From: an uncultured Chloroflexia bacterium
GTDB taxonomy: Bacteria > Chloroflexota > Anaerolineae > Anaerolineales > DRKV01
Assembly (NCBI GenBank): GCA_963824065.1
Contig: CAWGNX010000002.1
Span: 1,153,836 to 1,217,835 of the forward strand
Direction: 5' to 3'
Length of the DNA: 64,000 bases
The notes under the pieces are model-generated. The model made no database searches. It was not told where the DNA came from and saw only the letters and a list, made by a program, of their open reading frames with translations. The position numbers and the translations under genes are program-made. Numbering within the stretch: the stretch's first letter is position 1; the number at the start of each line of letters is the position of its first letter. Positions 20,085 to 29,236 of this stretch are shown piece by piece.

Positions 20085-20472
20085 ATGTCAACCCGGGGAA
20101 TTCGGGGTGCGATCGTATCTTTAAGTAATAACCAGGCAGATATCCTTGCAGCTACTCGGACATTGACTTTGTCCATTATCGAAGCGAATCCTGGACTTCA
20201 TCCCGAAGATGTAGCCAGTATTTTTTTTACTGTAACACATGATCTGAATGGCGCATTTCCAGCCCTTGCAGTTCGCCAGATCGGTTGGGTAAAAGTACCC
20301 ATCTTATGCGCACAGGAAATTCCAGTCCCTGAGAAGTCTTGGAATGTGTATTCGGGTTCTTATTCATTGGAATACGGATCGTGCGCAAAACGAAATCAAC
20401 CATGTCTATCTGGGTGAGGCGCGTGCTCTCCGTCCTGACTTACCGAGCAATTCAAACCATGAATTATCCTGA
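20085..20472 (+). pseudogene. aroH: AroH-type chorismate mutase; one extra base near 20330-20340
   Basis: MSTRGIRGAI...FFTVTHDL...[12 protein letters not shown] then continues in a shifted frame as [34 protein letters not shown]. Length is 388 nt = 3n+1. Confidence 0.8.
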
Positions 20473-21319
20473 TGTAGTCACAATCTATGGAGTTGGTTTG
20501 ATAGGGGCATCCTTAGCGCTTGCATTACGAGACTATGTGCAGACAATTATTGGTATCGATCCAGATAAGAGAATCCATGAAAAGGCCGTCACCTTGGGAA
20601 TTGTGGATCAAATATTTGATTACCCACCGCCGATTGGAATTTTTTCGGACATTATCATTCTCGCGGCACCAGTAAAAATCAATCTCGAGATATTGGAGAA
20701 CCTGGCACAATACCATGAAGCGGGTGCGATCGTTCTCGATCTTAGTTCTACAAAGCTTGATATCAGCCAGGTCATGCTGAATTTACCTGCTCGATTTGAT
20801 CCGATTGGCGGTCACCCGATGTGTGGGAAAGAAACCAGCAGTTTGGATTTTGCAGACCCGGAAATCTTTCGAGGTGCAACATTTGCCCTGACCCCGCTTG
20901 CCAGGACAACATCAATAGCGCGACAAACCGCCGCTAATCTCGTCCGGCATATCGGTTCCCACGCGTTTTGGGTGGATGCTGCCAGTCACGACCAGATGGT
21001 TGCTGCAACCAGTCACCTGCCTTATCTAGTGGCGAATGCATTGGCCGGGATGACTCCCCTGGAAATGTCGGCCTTAATCGGACCTGGATTTGTGAGTACG
21101 AGCCGTTTGGCAGGATCAAACATTCCGATGATGCTAGATATCCTGAAGACAAACCGTCAAAATATTCTCCAGGTATTGCTGAATTACTTCCAGCATCTTG
21201 ATAGTTTTCGCACAGCCTTGGAAGATGAAGATTACGCTGCACTGGAGAAATTAATGACCATGGGGCGAGACACACGCGATCGAATATTAGTATCGACCCA
21301 AACTCGAGAATCTTCGTGA
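20459..21319 (+). CDS. tyrA: prephenate dehydrogenase
   Basis: [23 protein letters not shown] is a Rossmann motif, followed by ...GGHPMCGKE.... The track ORF start at 20339 is an upstream extension in a different frame from aroH. Confidence 0.85.
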   Translation: MNYPDVVTIYGVGLIGASLALALRDYVQTIIGIDPDKRIHEKAVTLGIVDQIFDYPPPIGIFSDIIILAAPVKINLEILENLAQYHEAGAIVLDLSSTKLDISQVMLNLPARFDPIGGHPMCGKETSSLDFADPEIFRGATFALTPLARTTSIARQTAANLVRHIGSHAFWVDAASHDQMVAATSHLPYLVANALAGMTPLEMSALIGPGFVSTSRLAGSNIPMMLDILKTNRQNILQVLLNYFQHLDSFRTALEDEDYAALEKLMTMGRDTRDRILVSTQTRESS

Positions 21320-22671
21320 ACCTGACAGCACTCCCTTCACACTCCTTACGCGGGCAGTTCGGTCCGAAAACATTCCCTGGTATTCCAGGAGACAAATCAA
21401 TCTCACATCGCGCTGCCCTGTTCGCTGGCATGGCAAAAGGCAACACTCGAATTCATAATTTTATGACATCTGGCGTCACAATGGTCATGCTGGAAGCTCT
21501 TAGCCAGCTTGGAGTCAAATGGCGTTTGACGAACAATGAACTCAACGTAACAAGCAGGGGGTTTAAAAACTGGGAAGTACCTAATAAACCATTATTCTGC
21601 GGAAATTCCGCGACAACCATGCGGCTTCTGGCTGGGGCGTTATCGGCATCCGGAATACCCGCTGTGCTTGATGGTACAGAGAGCTTGAGAAAACGCCCCA
21701 TGGATCGCATCATCTACCCCTTACAGGCTATGGGCGTACCAATACACGGAACCCTTCAGAACACTGCCCCTCTGATAATATCAGCGTGGGAGCCATCAAA
21801 ACCCCTGGTTAGTCTGACATATACCCTGCCGGTTGCCTCTGCTCAGGTAAAGACCTGTCTCTTGCTGGCAGCACTCGGCTCAACTCAATCTATTGAATTA
21901 TGTGAAACTCAGCTTTCGCGCGACCATACAGAAAGAATGCTGCGGTGGTTAGGTGTACCAGTCTCAAGCACTCTGTCAGGAAATAATCATATTGTTCACA
22001 TGAGTCCGGGCAGCTCGCGTGAAATCCCTGCATTTGAGCTTGCTATACCGGGCGATTTTTCCTCAGCAGCTTTTCTGATTGTCAGTGGTTTGATTATTCC
22101 AAATTCCGAAATCATACTTAGTAATATCGGTTTAAACGAAACACGCACTGGGCTGCTGGACGCTTTGAAACAAATGGGAGCAGAAATTTCGACGATCGAT
22201 AGGTTGGTAACACCAGAACCTGAAGGTGACATCCTCGTCAAATCAAGTCGACTTAATGGAATAAATATCCAGGGAGATTTGGTTGTACGTATGATCGACG
22301 AATTTCCGATATTCTCAATCGCGGCAATTAATGCCACTGGAAGCACAACCATCAGAGATGCAAAAGAATTAAGATATAAAGAAACTGATCGGATATCATC
22401 GCTCTGTGCTGAGTTAATAAATATAGGCGTTAGCGTTGATGAATTCGAAGACGGGTTTAAAATATCTGGCTCTCAGCCAATTGTTGGTGGCGTCGTGGAT
22501 CCACATCGGGATCATCGATTAGCAATGTCCCTTACTGTTGGAGGACTGATTTCCCAGAATGGGGTAAAAATCCAGAACGCAGAAATAATCAATGAGTCTT
22601 TTCCACAATTTATCGAAATTTTACGTTCCTCAGGAGCACAAATTACCGTTCTGGAAGATACAGAAGAATAG
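21316..22671 (+). CDS. aroA: 3-phosphoshikimate 1-carboxyvinyltransferase (EPSP synthase)
   Basis: 451 aa with PGDKSISHRA...GNSATTMRLL...LRYKETDRI...DHRLAMS. The GTG start overlaps the tyrA stop. Confidence 0.95.
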   Translation: MNLTALPSHSLRGQFGPKTFPGIPGDKSISHRAALFAGMAKGNTRIHNFMTSGVTMVMLEALSQLGVKWRLTNNELNVTSRGFKNWEVPNKPLFCGNSATTMRLLAGALSASGIPAVLDGTESLRKRPMDRIIYPLQAMGVPIHGTLQNTAPLIISAWEPSKPLVSLTYTLPVASAQVKTCLLLAALGSTQSIELCETQLSRDHTERMLRWLGVPVSSTLSGNNHIVHMSPGSSREIPAFELAIPGDFSSAAFLIVSGLIIPNSEIILSNIGLNETRTGLLDALKQMGAEISTIDRLVTPEPEGDILVKSSRLNGINIQGDLVVRMIDEFPIFSIAAINATGSTTIRDAKELRYKETDRISSLCAELINIGVSVDEFEDGFKISGSQPIVGGVVDPHRDHRLAMSLTVGGLISQNGVKIQNAEIINESFPQFIEILRSSGAQITVLEDTEE

Positions 22672-22680
22672 TCCATTTCT

Positions 22681-23541
22681 ATGCTACGTTTCGGATTAAT
22701 CGGTTACCCGCTCAGTCACAGTATGTCGCCAGCTATCCACAACAAGGCGATGGATGCCTTAGGTTTGCGCGGCAAGTATGAATTATATGAAATTCAACCG
22801 GATAATCTGGCCAGATCAAAATTGGTTGAACTAATCGAAGCCATGAAATCAGGAATTATCCAAGGATTAAATGTTACTATTCCTTATAAGAATATTATTC
22901 CGGCATTGGTAGATGGGAGCACATCAATCGCAAAAGATATCGGCGCTGTCAACACACTCTATTTGGATGGAGAACGTGTGATTGCCGACAATACCGATGC
23001 ACCTGCATTTGAGAAAGAAATCAAAAACATAAAGATTAGTACCGAAGGGCATGCACTAATCCTTGGCGCTGGTGGGGCTGCATATGCGGTCGCGTATACA
23101 TTATTGTCGGCTGGATGGAACCTAAATATCGCTGCAAGACGGTATTCTCAGGCTCAGGATTTACAAAACTGGTTCGAGTCGCACGATAACCGTTACAATA
23201 TCCACTCGATAATTTTGTCTCCCGAAGGTCTCAAATCATCGCAAGTCAGAGCTGAATTGATCGTTAATACCACACCTGTCGGAATGTTCCCGAACAACCA
23301 GAATTGTCCTTGGCCCGAACAACTGGTCTTCCCTCAGAGAGCATTCGTTTACGACCTGATTTACAATCCTGCAGAGACTGTGCTCTTAAAAAAAGCACAA
23401 GCCGCAAATTTGCCCACATCAGGAGGAGCTGGGATGCTCGTCGAGCAAGCAGCTCTGGCATTTGAAAGATGGACGGGAATGAAAGCACCCAGGTCGATCA
23501 TGGCCGAAACCTTATCTGATTTATTGCCCAAAAAAGTATGA
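22681..23541 (+). CDS. aroE: shikimate dehydrogenase
   Basis: LIGYPLSHSMSPAIHN...GLNVTIPYK...NTD...GAGGAA motifs. Confidence 0.9.
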   Translation: MLRFGLIGYPLSHSMSPAIHNKAMDALGLRGKYELYEIQPDNLARSKLVELIEAMKSGIIQGLNVTIPYKNIIPALVDGSTSIAKDIGAVNTLYLDGERVIADNTDAPAFEKEIKNIKISTEGHALILGAGGAAYAVAYTLLSAGWNLNIAARRYSQAQDLQNWFESHDNRYNIHSIILSPEGLKSSQVRAELIVNTTPVGMFPNNQNCPWPEQLVFPQRAFVYDLIYNPAETVLLKKAQAANLPTSGGAGMLVEQAALAFERWTGMKAPRSIMAETLSDLLPKKV

Positions 23542-24713
23542 AGCCAATCACTGCAACCCGCATCTCCTCTTTACCGGTCCATTTTTTTACGGAATATGCT
23601 GACCGCTTATCTGCATTAAGACGTGTTGGCGCAGATATTATCCATCTAGATGTCGGATCCCCAGATTTGCCTCCCCCTGATGCAGTTATTAATAAATTGT
23701 CGGATTCCGCAAAACATCCAGATTACCATGGTTACCAATCTCACAGGTGGACGAATGAATATCGTGAAGGTTGGGCCACCATGTACCAGAAACTGTATGG
23801 TATTCAACTTGACCCAGATAAAGAAATTCTCCCTTTGATTGGCTCAAAAGAGGGAATTTTCCACTTGATGCTGGCAATTATCGATCCAGGTGATATCGTG
23901 ATTTTGCCAGATCCGGGATACATTACCTATTTAAGGGGGGTGCAAATCGCCGGTGGAAATCCATTTTTAGTAAAGTTGCTGCCAGAAAACGGGTATTTGC
24001 CAGATCTGAGCCACATTCCCCCAGGAATTGCCAGGCGGGCCAAAGTGATTTGGCTGAATTACCCAAATAATCCAACGGGTGGCACGGCAGATAACAACTT
24101 TTTTACAGAAGTGTTGGATTTCGCTGTAAAGAATGGTCTCCTGATTTGCCATGATGCTGCATACACCCAAATAAATTTTGATGATTACCAATCCCCGACA
24201 ATTTTGTCCACCCCAGGTGCCCAAGAATATGCACTCGAATTTAATACGCTTTCAAAATCGCATAATATGGCTGGATGGCGAATGGGAGCGGCAATTGGTA
24301 ATCAAAGTGCACTAAACGCACTAATGACAGTAAAAAGTAATGCCGATAGTGGTCATTACTTACCAATGATCGATGCTGCCGTCGAGGCTATGAAGGTCGA
24401 TCAATCCTGGATCACATCTCGCAACCTGGTATATCAGGATCGGCGAGATCTTGTCTTGGATGAATTACACGCTATGGGTTTTCACCCCGTCACGCCTCAA
24501 GCGGGTTTATACATTTGGTGGAAACTACCTCCGGGTACGGATGAAATCGAATTTTCTACGAAGTTGCTTGAAGTTACCCATGTCAGCATCACGCCAGGCA
24601 CTGTATTTGGAGCTGAGGGTCGTGGATTCGTCCGGATTTCACTTACTCAACCAACGGAACGGGTTCGTGAAGCATTCGATCGGATTAAGAACTGGATGGC
24701 AAATGGCACTTAG
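23538..24713 (+). CDS. class I/II pyridoxal-phosphate aminotransferase (aromatic/LL-DAP-type)
   Basis: 391 aa with NYPNNPTG...FNTLSKSHNMAGWRMG motifs. It is embedded in the aro operon. Confidence 0.8.
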   Translation: MKPITATRISSLPVHFFTEYADRLSALRRVGADIIHLDVGSPDLPPPDAVINKLSDSAKHPDYHGYQSHRWTNEYREGWATMYQKLYGIQLDPDKEILPLIGSKEGIFHLMLAIIDPGDIVILPDPGYITYLRGVQIAGGNPFLVKLLPENGYLPDLSHIPPGIARRAKVIWLNYPNNPTGGTADNNFFTEVLDFAVKNGLLICHDAAYTQINFDDYQSPTILSTPGAQEYALEFNTLSKSHNMAGWRMGAAIGNQSALNALMTVKSNADSGHYLPMIDAAVEAMKVDQSWITSRNLVYQDRRDLVLDELHAMGFHPVTPQAGLYIWWKLPPGTDEIEFSTKLLEVTHVSITPGTVFGAEGRGFVRISLTQPTERVREAFDRIKNWMANGT

Positions 24714-25878
24714 ATTTTTCACCGCAGGTGAATCGCATGGGCCCGTCCTCACCGCAATTGTGGACGGCTTCCCTGCTGGGGTCGACATAAATATCGCCGG
24801 GATCAATGACGAGTTAGCCCGCCGGCAGTTAGGATACGGCGCTGGCCCGCGTATGAAGTTAGAAAAAGATGAAGCAGTTATTTTGAGTGGAGTTTTAGAT
24901 GGCAAATCGACCGGAGCACCAATTGCTATCCAAATTAAGAATTTAAATCATGAGCGTTGGCAAGGCAAAGAAATCGCTCCATTTACTGCACCGCGTCCGG
25001 GGCATGTTGATCTCGCTGCAGCGATAAAGTATGGCTATGCTGATTTGCGACCCGGGCTTGAGCGCGCGTCTGCGCGTGAAACAGCTGCGCGAGTTGCCGT
25101 TGGTGCTTTATGTAAACAATTTCTTGAACAATTCCAAATTCGCATTGAGGGCTATGTTAGCTCCATCGGGCCAATCGAAGCAGACCTGGATGGGATTCAG
25201 TTATCGGAACGGAGTAAGATTGCCGAACAGAATGATCTTCGGTGCCCAGACAATGATGCTGCCGAAAAAATGCGCGACCACATTCGTGGGATCATCGAAA
25301 ACCGCGAAACCGCCGGAGGAATTATCGAAATTGTTGGCCTGGGAATTCCTCCTGGATTAGGGACGCATACCCAATGGGATCGGCGGCTGGAAGCCCGGCT
25401 TGGCGCAGCTGTGCTCAGTGTCCAGGCAATTAAAGGGGTTGAATTCGGACCTGCCTTCCAGAATACCCGGTTAACTGGCACTCAAGTTCAGGATGCTATT
25501 TTCCTAGAAAATGATAATTTGGTACGCAAAACAGATCGTGCAGGGGGTGTCGAAGGTGGAATCAGCACTGGACAACCGATAATCATCCGGGCGGCAATGA
25601 AACCCATTGCCACCACGCTTACGCCTCAACCTACAGTAGATCTGGCAGAAAAAAAGGAAATTCCAACCAATTACGAACGCTCAGATTTTTGTCCGGTTCC
25701 TCGTGCAGTTCCAATATTGGAAGCCATGGTTGCAGTTGTTTTAGTCGATGCATTAATCGAAAAAATTGGTGGTGATTCGCTGGATGAGATGCTGCCCCGT
25801 TGGAAACAATTACGTCGGGCAAAATTATCGGATTTGGCCCTGGACAATAAGCCCCATCTGTACTGGCCGGATGAGTGA
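24703..25878 (+). CDS. aroC: chorismate synthase
   Basis: MALRFFTAGESHGPVLTAIVDGFPAG...RPGHVD...SARETA.... The ATG at 24703 overlaps the end of the aminotransferase gene. The track extension to 24451 is rejected. Confidence 0.9.
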   Translation: MALRFFTAGESHGPVLTAIVDGFPAGVDINIAGINDELARRQLGYGAGPRMKLEKDEAVILSGVLDGKSTGAPIAIQIKNLNHERWQGKEIAPFTAPRPGHVDLAAAIKYGYADLRPGLERASARETAARVAVGALCKQFLEQFQIRIEGYVSSIGPIEADLDGIQLSERSKIAEQNDLRCPDNDAAEKMRDHIRGIIENRETAGGIIEIVGLGIPPGLGTHTQWDRRLEARLGAAVLSVQAIKGVEFGPAFQNTRLTGTQVQDAIFLENDNLVRKTDRAGGVEGGISTGQPIIIRAAMKPIATTLTPQPTVDLAEKKEIPTNYERSDFCPVPRAVPILEAMVAVVLVDALIEKIGGDSLDEMLPRWKQLRRAKLSDLALDNKPHLYWPDE

Positions 25879-27455
25879 GGATGCCTAATCTAATTTATCT
25901 TTATGGACCCCCTGGGGCAGGTAAATCGACCATTGGAAAGATCCTTGCAGAAAAACTGGATTTAGCTTTCACGGATCTTGATTTTGAAATTGAACATAAA
26001 ACCGGTAAGTCAATTTCCGAGATCTTTGAGGAACATGGTGAGCCAGGTTTCCGAAAAATCGAATCCCAACAGCTCGTATTCGCATCTCATAATAACAAAC
26101 AGGTCATCGCTCTAGGCGGAGGTAGCTTATTAAACCCACAGAATCGAAGTCTCGCCGAAAAAACCGGATTGATCATATGCCTATCAGGGGATTTTGAGAC
26201 TTTATTAAGACATACTTCGTTATCCCCAGATAAGCGCCCGCTCTTATCGGATAATCGAAGTACGAGACTGGCAAAGTTATTGGAAAGGCGCCAGGATCAT
26301 TATTCATCTTTCCCAAATCAATTAGATATCTTCAACAGGACGTTGGATCAGGTGGTCTGGGATTGTCAGGTCCTGGCAGGTCGTTTCCTGCTGAAGAAAA
26401 TGGAACACCCATATAGCGTCACGATTAAGGACGGATTGCTGAACGAAATTGATGTCTGGCTTTCAACAGGTGTCAAGACCACAGACGTATATATCATAAC
26501 TGACAGCAATGTTGCTCCGAATTATGTTACCCCCGTTAAAAACCTGCTCAATCATGTTTTCAGCAAAACAGTTGCGGTTTGTACCATTCAAGCCGGTGAA
26601 AGTTCAAAATCGCTAAAATCGGTAACATCAATTTGGAATTTTTTAGTCGATTCTGGCGCAAGCCGCCAATCAATGATTGTTGCTCTCGGTGGTGGTGTGA
26701 TAGGCGACCTGGCAGGTTTTGCAGCTGCGACCTACATGCGTGGGATCCAATGGATCAACATCCCAACGACTATATTGGCGATGGTTGATGCAGGCATCGG
26801 GGGAAAAACTGGAGTCAACTTACCAAAGGGAAAAAATTTGGTTGGTGCATTTCACCCACCGCAATCGGTCTTCATGGATCCTGCTGTTTTGAGAACACTT
26901 TCCAGGCGGGAGTTTTCCAGCGGAATGGCAGAAGCAATCAAGCATGCACTTATTGGAGAAATGGAATTATTGTCTCTATGCAGATCTGGACAGCAAAGTG
27001 TCTCTTCAAATCTGGAAAAGGTCATCTCACGAGGTGCCAGTGTCAAGATTCGAATTGTCGAAGCTGACCCTTTCGAATCTGATTTAAGGCAGTCGCTCAA
27101 TCTCGGCCATACAATTGGTCATGCACTTGAAAAAGCTTCCGAATTTCAACTGACTCACGGCGAATCGATCGCAATCGGCATTGTTGCTGAAACATTTTTC
27201 GCTGAGAAGATCGGGATTGCCAGACCGGGATTGCATCAAGAAATCGCTGAAATTCTTAGACTTTTTGAGCTACCTGTACAATTCCCTGATAATATCCTGC
27301 CGCAAACTATAATCAAATTCACCAAGGTCGATAAAAAAATGTCAGCAGGCAACTTACGATTTCCATTACTGCGCGATTTCGCTGATGTCCAGCTTAATAT
27401 TGAAATCCCAGACCTTGAACAACTAATATCAGAGTTCAGGAAAATACGTTTATGA
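25875..27455 (+). CDS. aroK/aroB: bifunctional shikimate kinase / 3-dehydroquinate synthase
   Basis: The N-terminus IYLYGPPGAGKSTIGK has a P-loop (AroK). The C-terminal roughly 350 aa carry GGGVIGDLAGFAA...GHTIGHALE (AroB). The alternative ATG at 25881 has a poorly spaced Shine-Dalgarno. Confidence 0.9.
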   Translation: MRMPNLIYLYGPPGAGKSTIGKILAEKLDLAFTDLDFEIEHKTGKSISEIFEEHGEPGFRKIESQQLVFASHNNKQVIALGGGSLLNPQNRSLAEKTGLIICLSGDFETLLRHTSLSPDKRPLLSDNRSTRLAKLLERRQDHYSSFPNQLDIFNRTLDQVVWDCQVLAGRFLLKKMEHPYSVTIKDGLLNEIDVWLSTGVKTTDVYIITDSNVAPNYVTPVKNLLNHVFSKTVAVCTIQAGESSKSLKSVTSIWNFLVDSGASRQSMIVALGGGVIGDLAGFAAATYMRGIQWINIPTTILAMVDAGIGGKTGVNLPKGKNLVGAFHPPQSVFMDPAVLRTLSRREFSSGMAEAIKHALIGEMELLSLCRSGQQSVSSNLEKVISRGASVKIRIVEADPFESDLRQSLNLGHTIGHALEKASEFQLTHGESIAIGIVAETFFAEKIGIARPGLHQEIAEILRLFELPVQFPDNILPQTIIKFTKVDKKMSAGNLRFPLLRDFADVQLNIEIPDLEQLISEFRKIRL

Positions 27456-27898
27456 AAGCAATTTATATTATCCACGGTCCAAATTTAAATTTATTGGGTT
27501 CTCGTGAACCAGAGGTTTATGGGAATAACTCCCTGGCTGATATTAACCAAAGTTTAATCAAATTGGGAAACGAATTAGGAATTCGAATCGAAACATATCA
27601 AAGTAATCATGAAGGCACGTTAATCGATTGGTTGCACCTAGCCAAAGAAAATGCCGATGGTGTCATCATCAATCCCGGCGGCTATACGCATACCTCAGTT
27701 GCATTACGGGATGCCATCTCAGCTGCCAACTTACCAACGATTGAAGTTCATTTATCCAATATTTTTGCTCGCGAGGACTTTCGACACAGATCACTGACAG
27801 CTCCCGTCTGCCTGGGTACGATATCTGGTTTTGGGGCAGAATCCTATTCTCTGGCGCTCAGGGCCCTGGCAAATCATATAAAAGAAAACACAGGATGA
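27452..27898 (+). CDS. aroQ: type II 3-dehydroquinate dehydratase
   Basis: IHGPNLNLLGSREPEVYG...QSNHEG...INPGGYTHTSVALRDA... motifs. Confidence 0.95.
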   Translation: MKAIYIIHGPNLNLLGSREPEVYGNNSLADINQSLIKLGNELGIRIETYQSNHEGTLIDWLHLAKENADGVIINPGGYTHTSVALRDAISAANLPTIEVHLSNIFAREDFRHRSLTAPVCLGTISGFGAESYSLALRALANHIKENTG

Positions 27899-27922
27899 AG
27901 AACTGACTCATCCTGTGTTTTG
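27885..27922. terminator. bidirectional intrinsic terminator between aroQ and the peptidase gene
   Basis: ACACAGGATGA (27888-27898) pairs with TCATCCTGTGT (27908-27918). It is flanked by an A-run upstream and a T-run downstream. Confidence 0.7.
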
Positions 27923-27939
27923 CATGACAAAACATTGAA

Positions 27940-28650
27940 TTAGCGCCGGCGTGTTCCCGATAAAAGCATCACGTAATAAAGCAGGGTTGATACAGCTTGA
28001 ATTGCGCCAGCAACATAAGTAAGAGCAGCCGCATCTAAAACACTGTTTACACCTTGGATTTCCTGGGTGGAAACAATTCCTTGATGGACCAAGAGAGCTT
28101 TTGCCCGTTTTGATGCATCGAATTCGACCGGCAGTGTAATCAGCGAAAACACAGCAGTCGCTGCAAACAAGAAAACACCAATCCATGCGATTGTGATACC
28201 GATTGGACTTTGGGTAAATCGAAGTAACATAAATCCAGCGATGAAAACTATCGGACCCAACCAGCTACCAAGTTGGACCGTAGGGACCATTGCGCTCCGG
28301 AACTTTAGAGCACTATATCCTTGTTTGTCTTGCAATGCATGCCCTGATTCGTGAGCTGCAATACCTACCGAGGCGACACTGTTACTCTGGTAAACATTTG
28401 GACTTAAGCGCAGTACTTTTCCACGTGGGTCATAATGATCGCTAAGCATCCCTTGGGTTTGTTCGACGCGGACATTTGTCAACCCATTTGAATCCAAAAT
28501 TCTTCGGGCTGCTTCGGCGCCTGTCATACCCGACCACGCTCGTACCTTTGAATATTTCTGAAAGGCAGACCGCACTTTCATCTGCGCCCAAAACCCTAAA
28601 ATTAGGGCTGGTAGACTGATTAATAAAAAGAGTGGGTCGAACCAGAACAT
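27940..28650 (-). CDS. membrane zinc metallopeptidase (Zn_peptidase_2-like)
   Basis: 236 aa with an N-terminal TM segment, an HESGHALQ zinc motif and C-terminal TM helices. Confidence 0.75.
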   Translation of the reverse strand: MFWFDPLFLLISLPALILGFWAQMKVRSAFQKYSKVRAWSGMTGAEAARRILDSNGLTNVRVEQTQGMLSDHYDPRGKVLRLSPNVYQSNSVASVGIAAHESGHALQDKQGYSALKFRSAMVPTVQLGSWLGPIVFIAGFMLLRFTQSPIGITIAWIGVFLFAATAVFSLITLPVEFDASKRAKALLVHQGIVSTQEIQGVNSVLDAAALTYVAGAIQAVSTLLYYVMLLSGTRRR

Positions 28651-28857
28651 GCAGATATCCTCCTAAACAATGAAAACCAATAAGCAAATAAAACCTGTAC
28701 AGATATGATTCTAATTTGATCTATCAAACAGTCAAGTGGCGCGGAAGTGAATTTACCAGATTCTTATAAATAGTTAAACGAATAATCAATTCCGCCTGGC
28801 GATCATCTATTGAATCCAACAGCAATCTGGCTTTCACATCCCGATGAAAGCAAACGG

Positions 28858-29223
28858 TTACTGCTTCGTCAGACTAAATCCGATCGCACGCAGGACAGGC
28901 ACCACAAAAAGAAATCCAGTGTTTTCGTTTTCCAAACTTCCGATCGATCGCTCCGTGGCTGCAATCACGTCATCGACTGTTTTTTCGTCATCGACAACTG
29001 AAAAAACGGTGCGGTGCCGCTCCTCAGTTCGTTGAAAAATTTCACGCAAGCTGGGCATCAATGGAAGATCATCCCGCTGCCAGGAACGTTTTACTCTCCC
29101 CAATCCGGTACTTTCCAAGATCGTAATTCCACTGACACCAACTTCTTCCCATACCTGCAATATTTCTCCACAATCATCTGGATTATCGACAACCAAGACA
29201 ACAAGAAATTGTTGAGGTTCCAT
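28858..29223 (-). CDS. PII-like signalling protein
   Basis: 121 aa. The pattern FLVVLVVDNPDDCGEILQVWEEVGVSGITILESTGLG...TVFSVVDDEKTVDDVI is a beta-alpha-beta repeat like that of PII-superfamily proteins. The gene is translationally adjacent to the antiporter gene. Confidence 0.55.
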   Translation of the reverse strand: MEPQQFLVVLVVDNPDDCGEILQVWEEVGVSGITILESTGLGRVKRSWQRDDLPLMPSLREIFQRTEERHRTVFSVVDDEKTVDDVIAATERSIGSLENENTGFLFVVPVLRAIGFSLTKQ

Positions 29224-29236
29224 TTGAACTTTCTCC

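Noticed and set aside
20339-20458. Upstream extension of tyrA ([15 protein letters not shown]...)
   Set aside because: The third frame of the same DNA encodes the genuine AroH C-terminus. The TyrA Rossmann motif begins right after the ATG at 20459.
24451-24702. Upstream extension of aroC overlapping the aminotransferase gene by 260 nt
   Set aside because: The chorismate synthase N-terminus (MALRFFTAGESHG) starts at 24703. The extension is an alternative-frame read of the aminotransferase 3' end.
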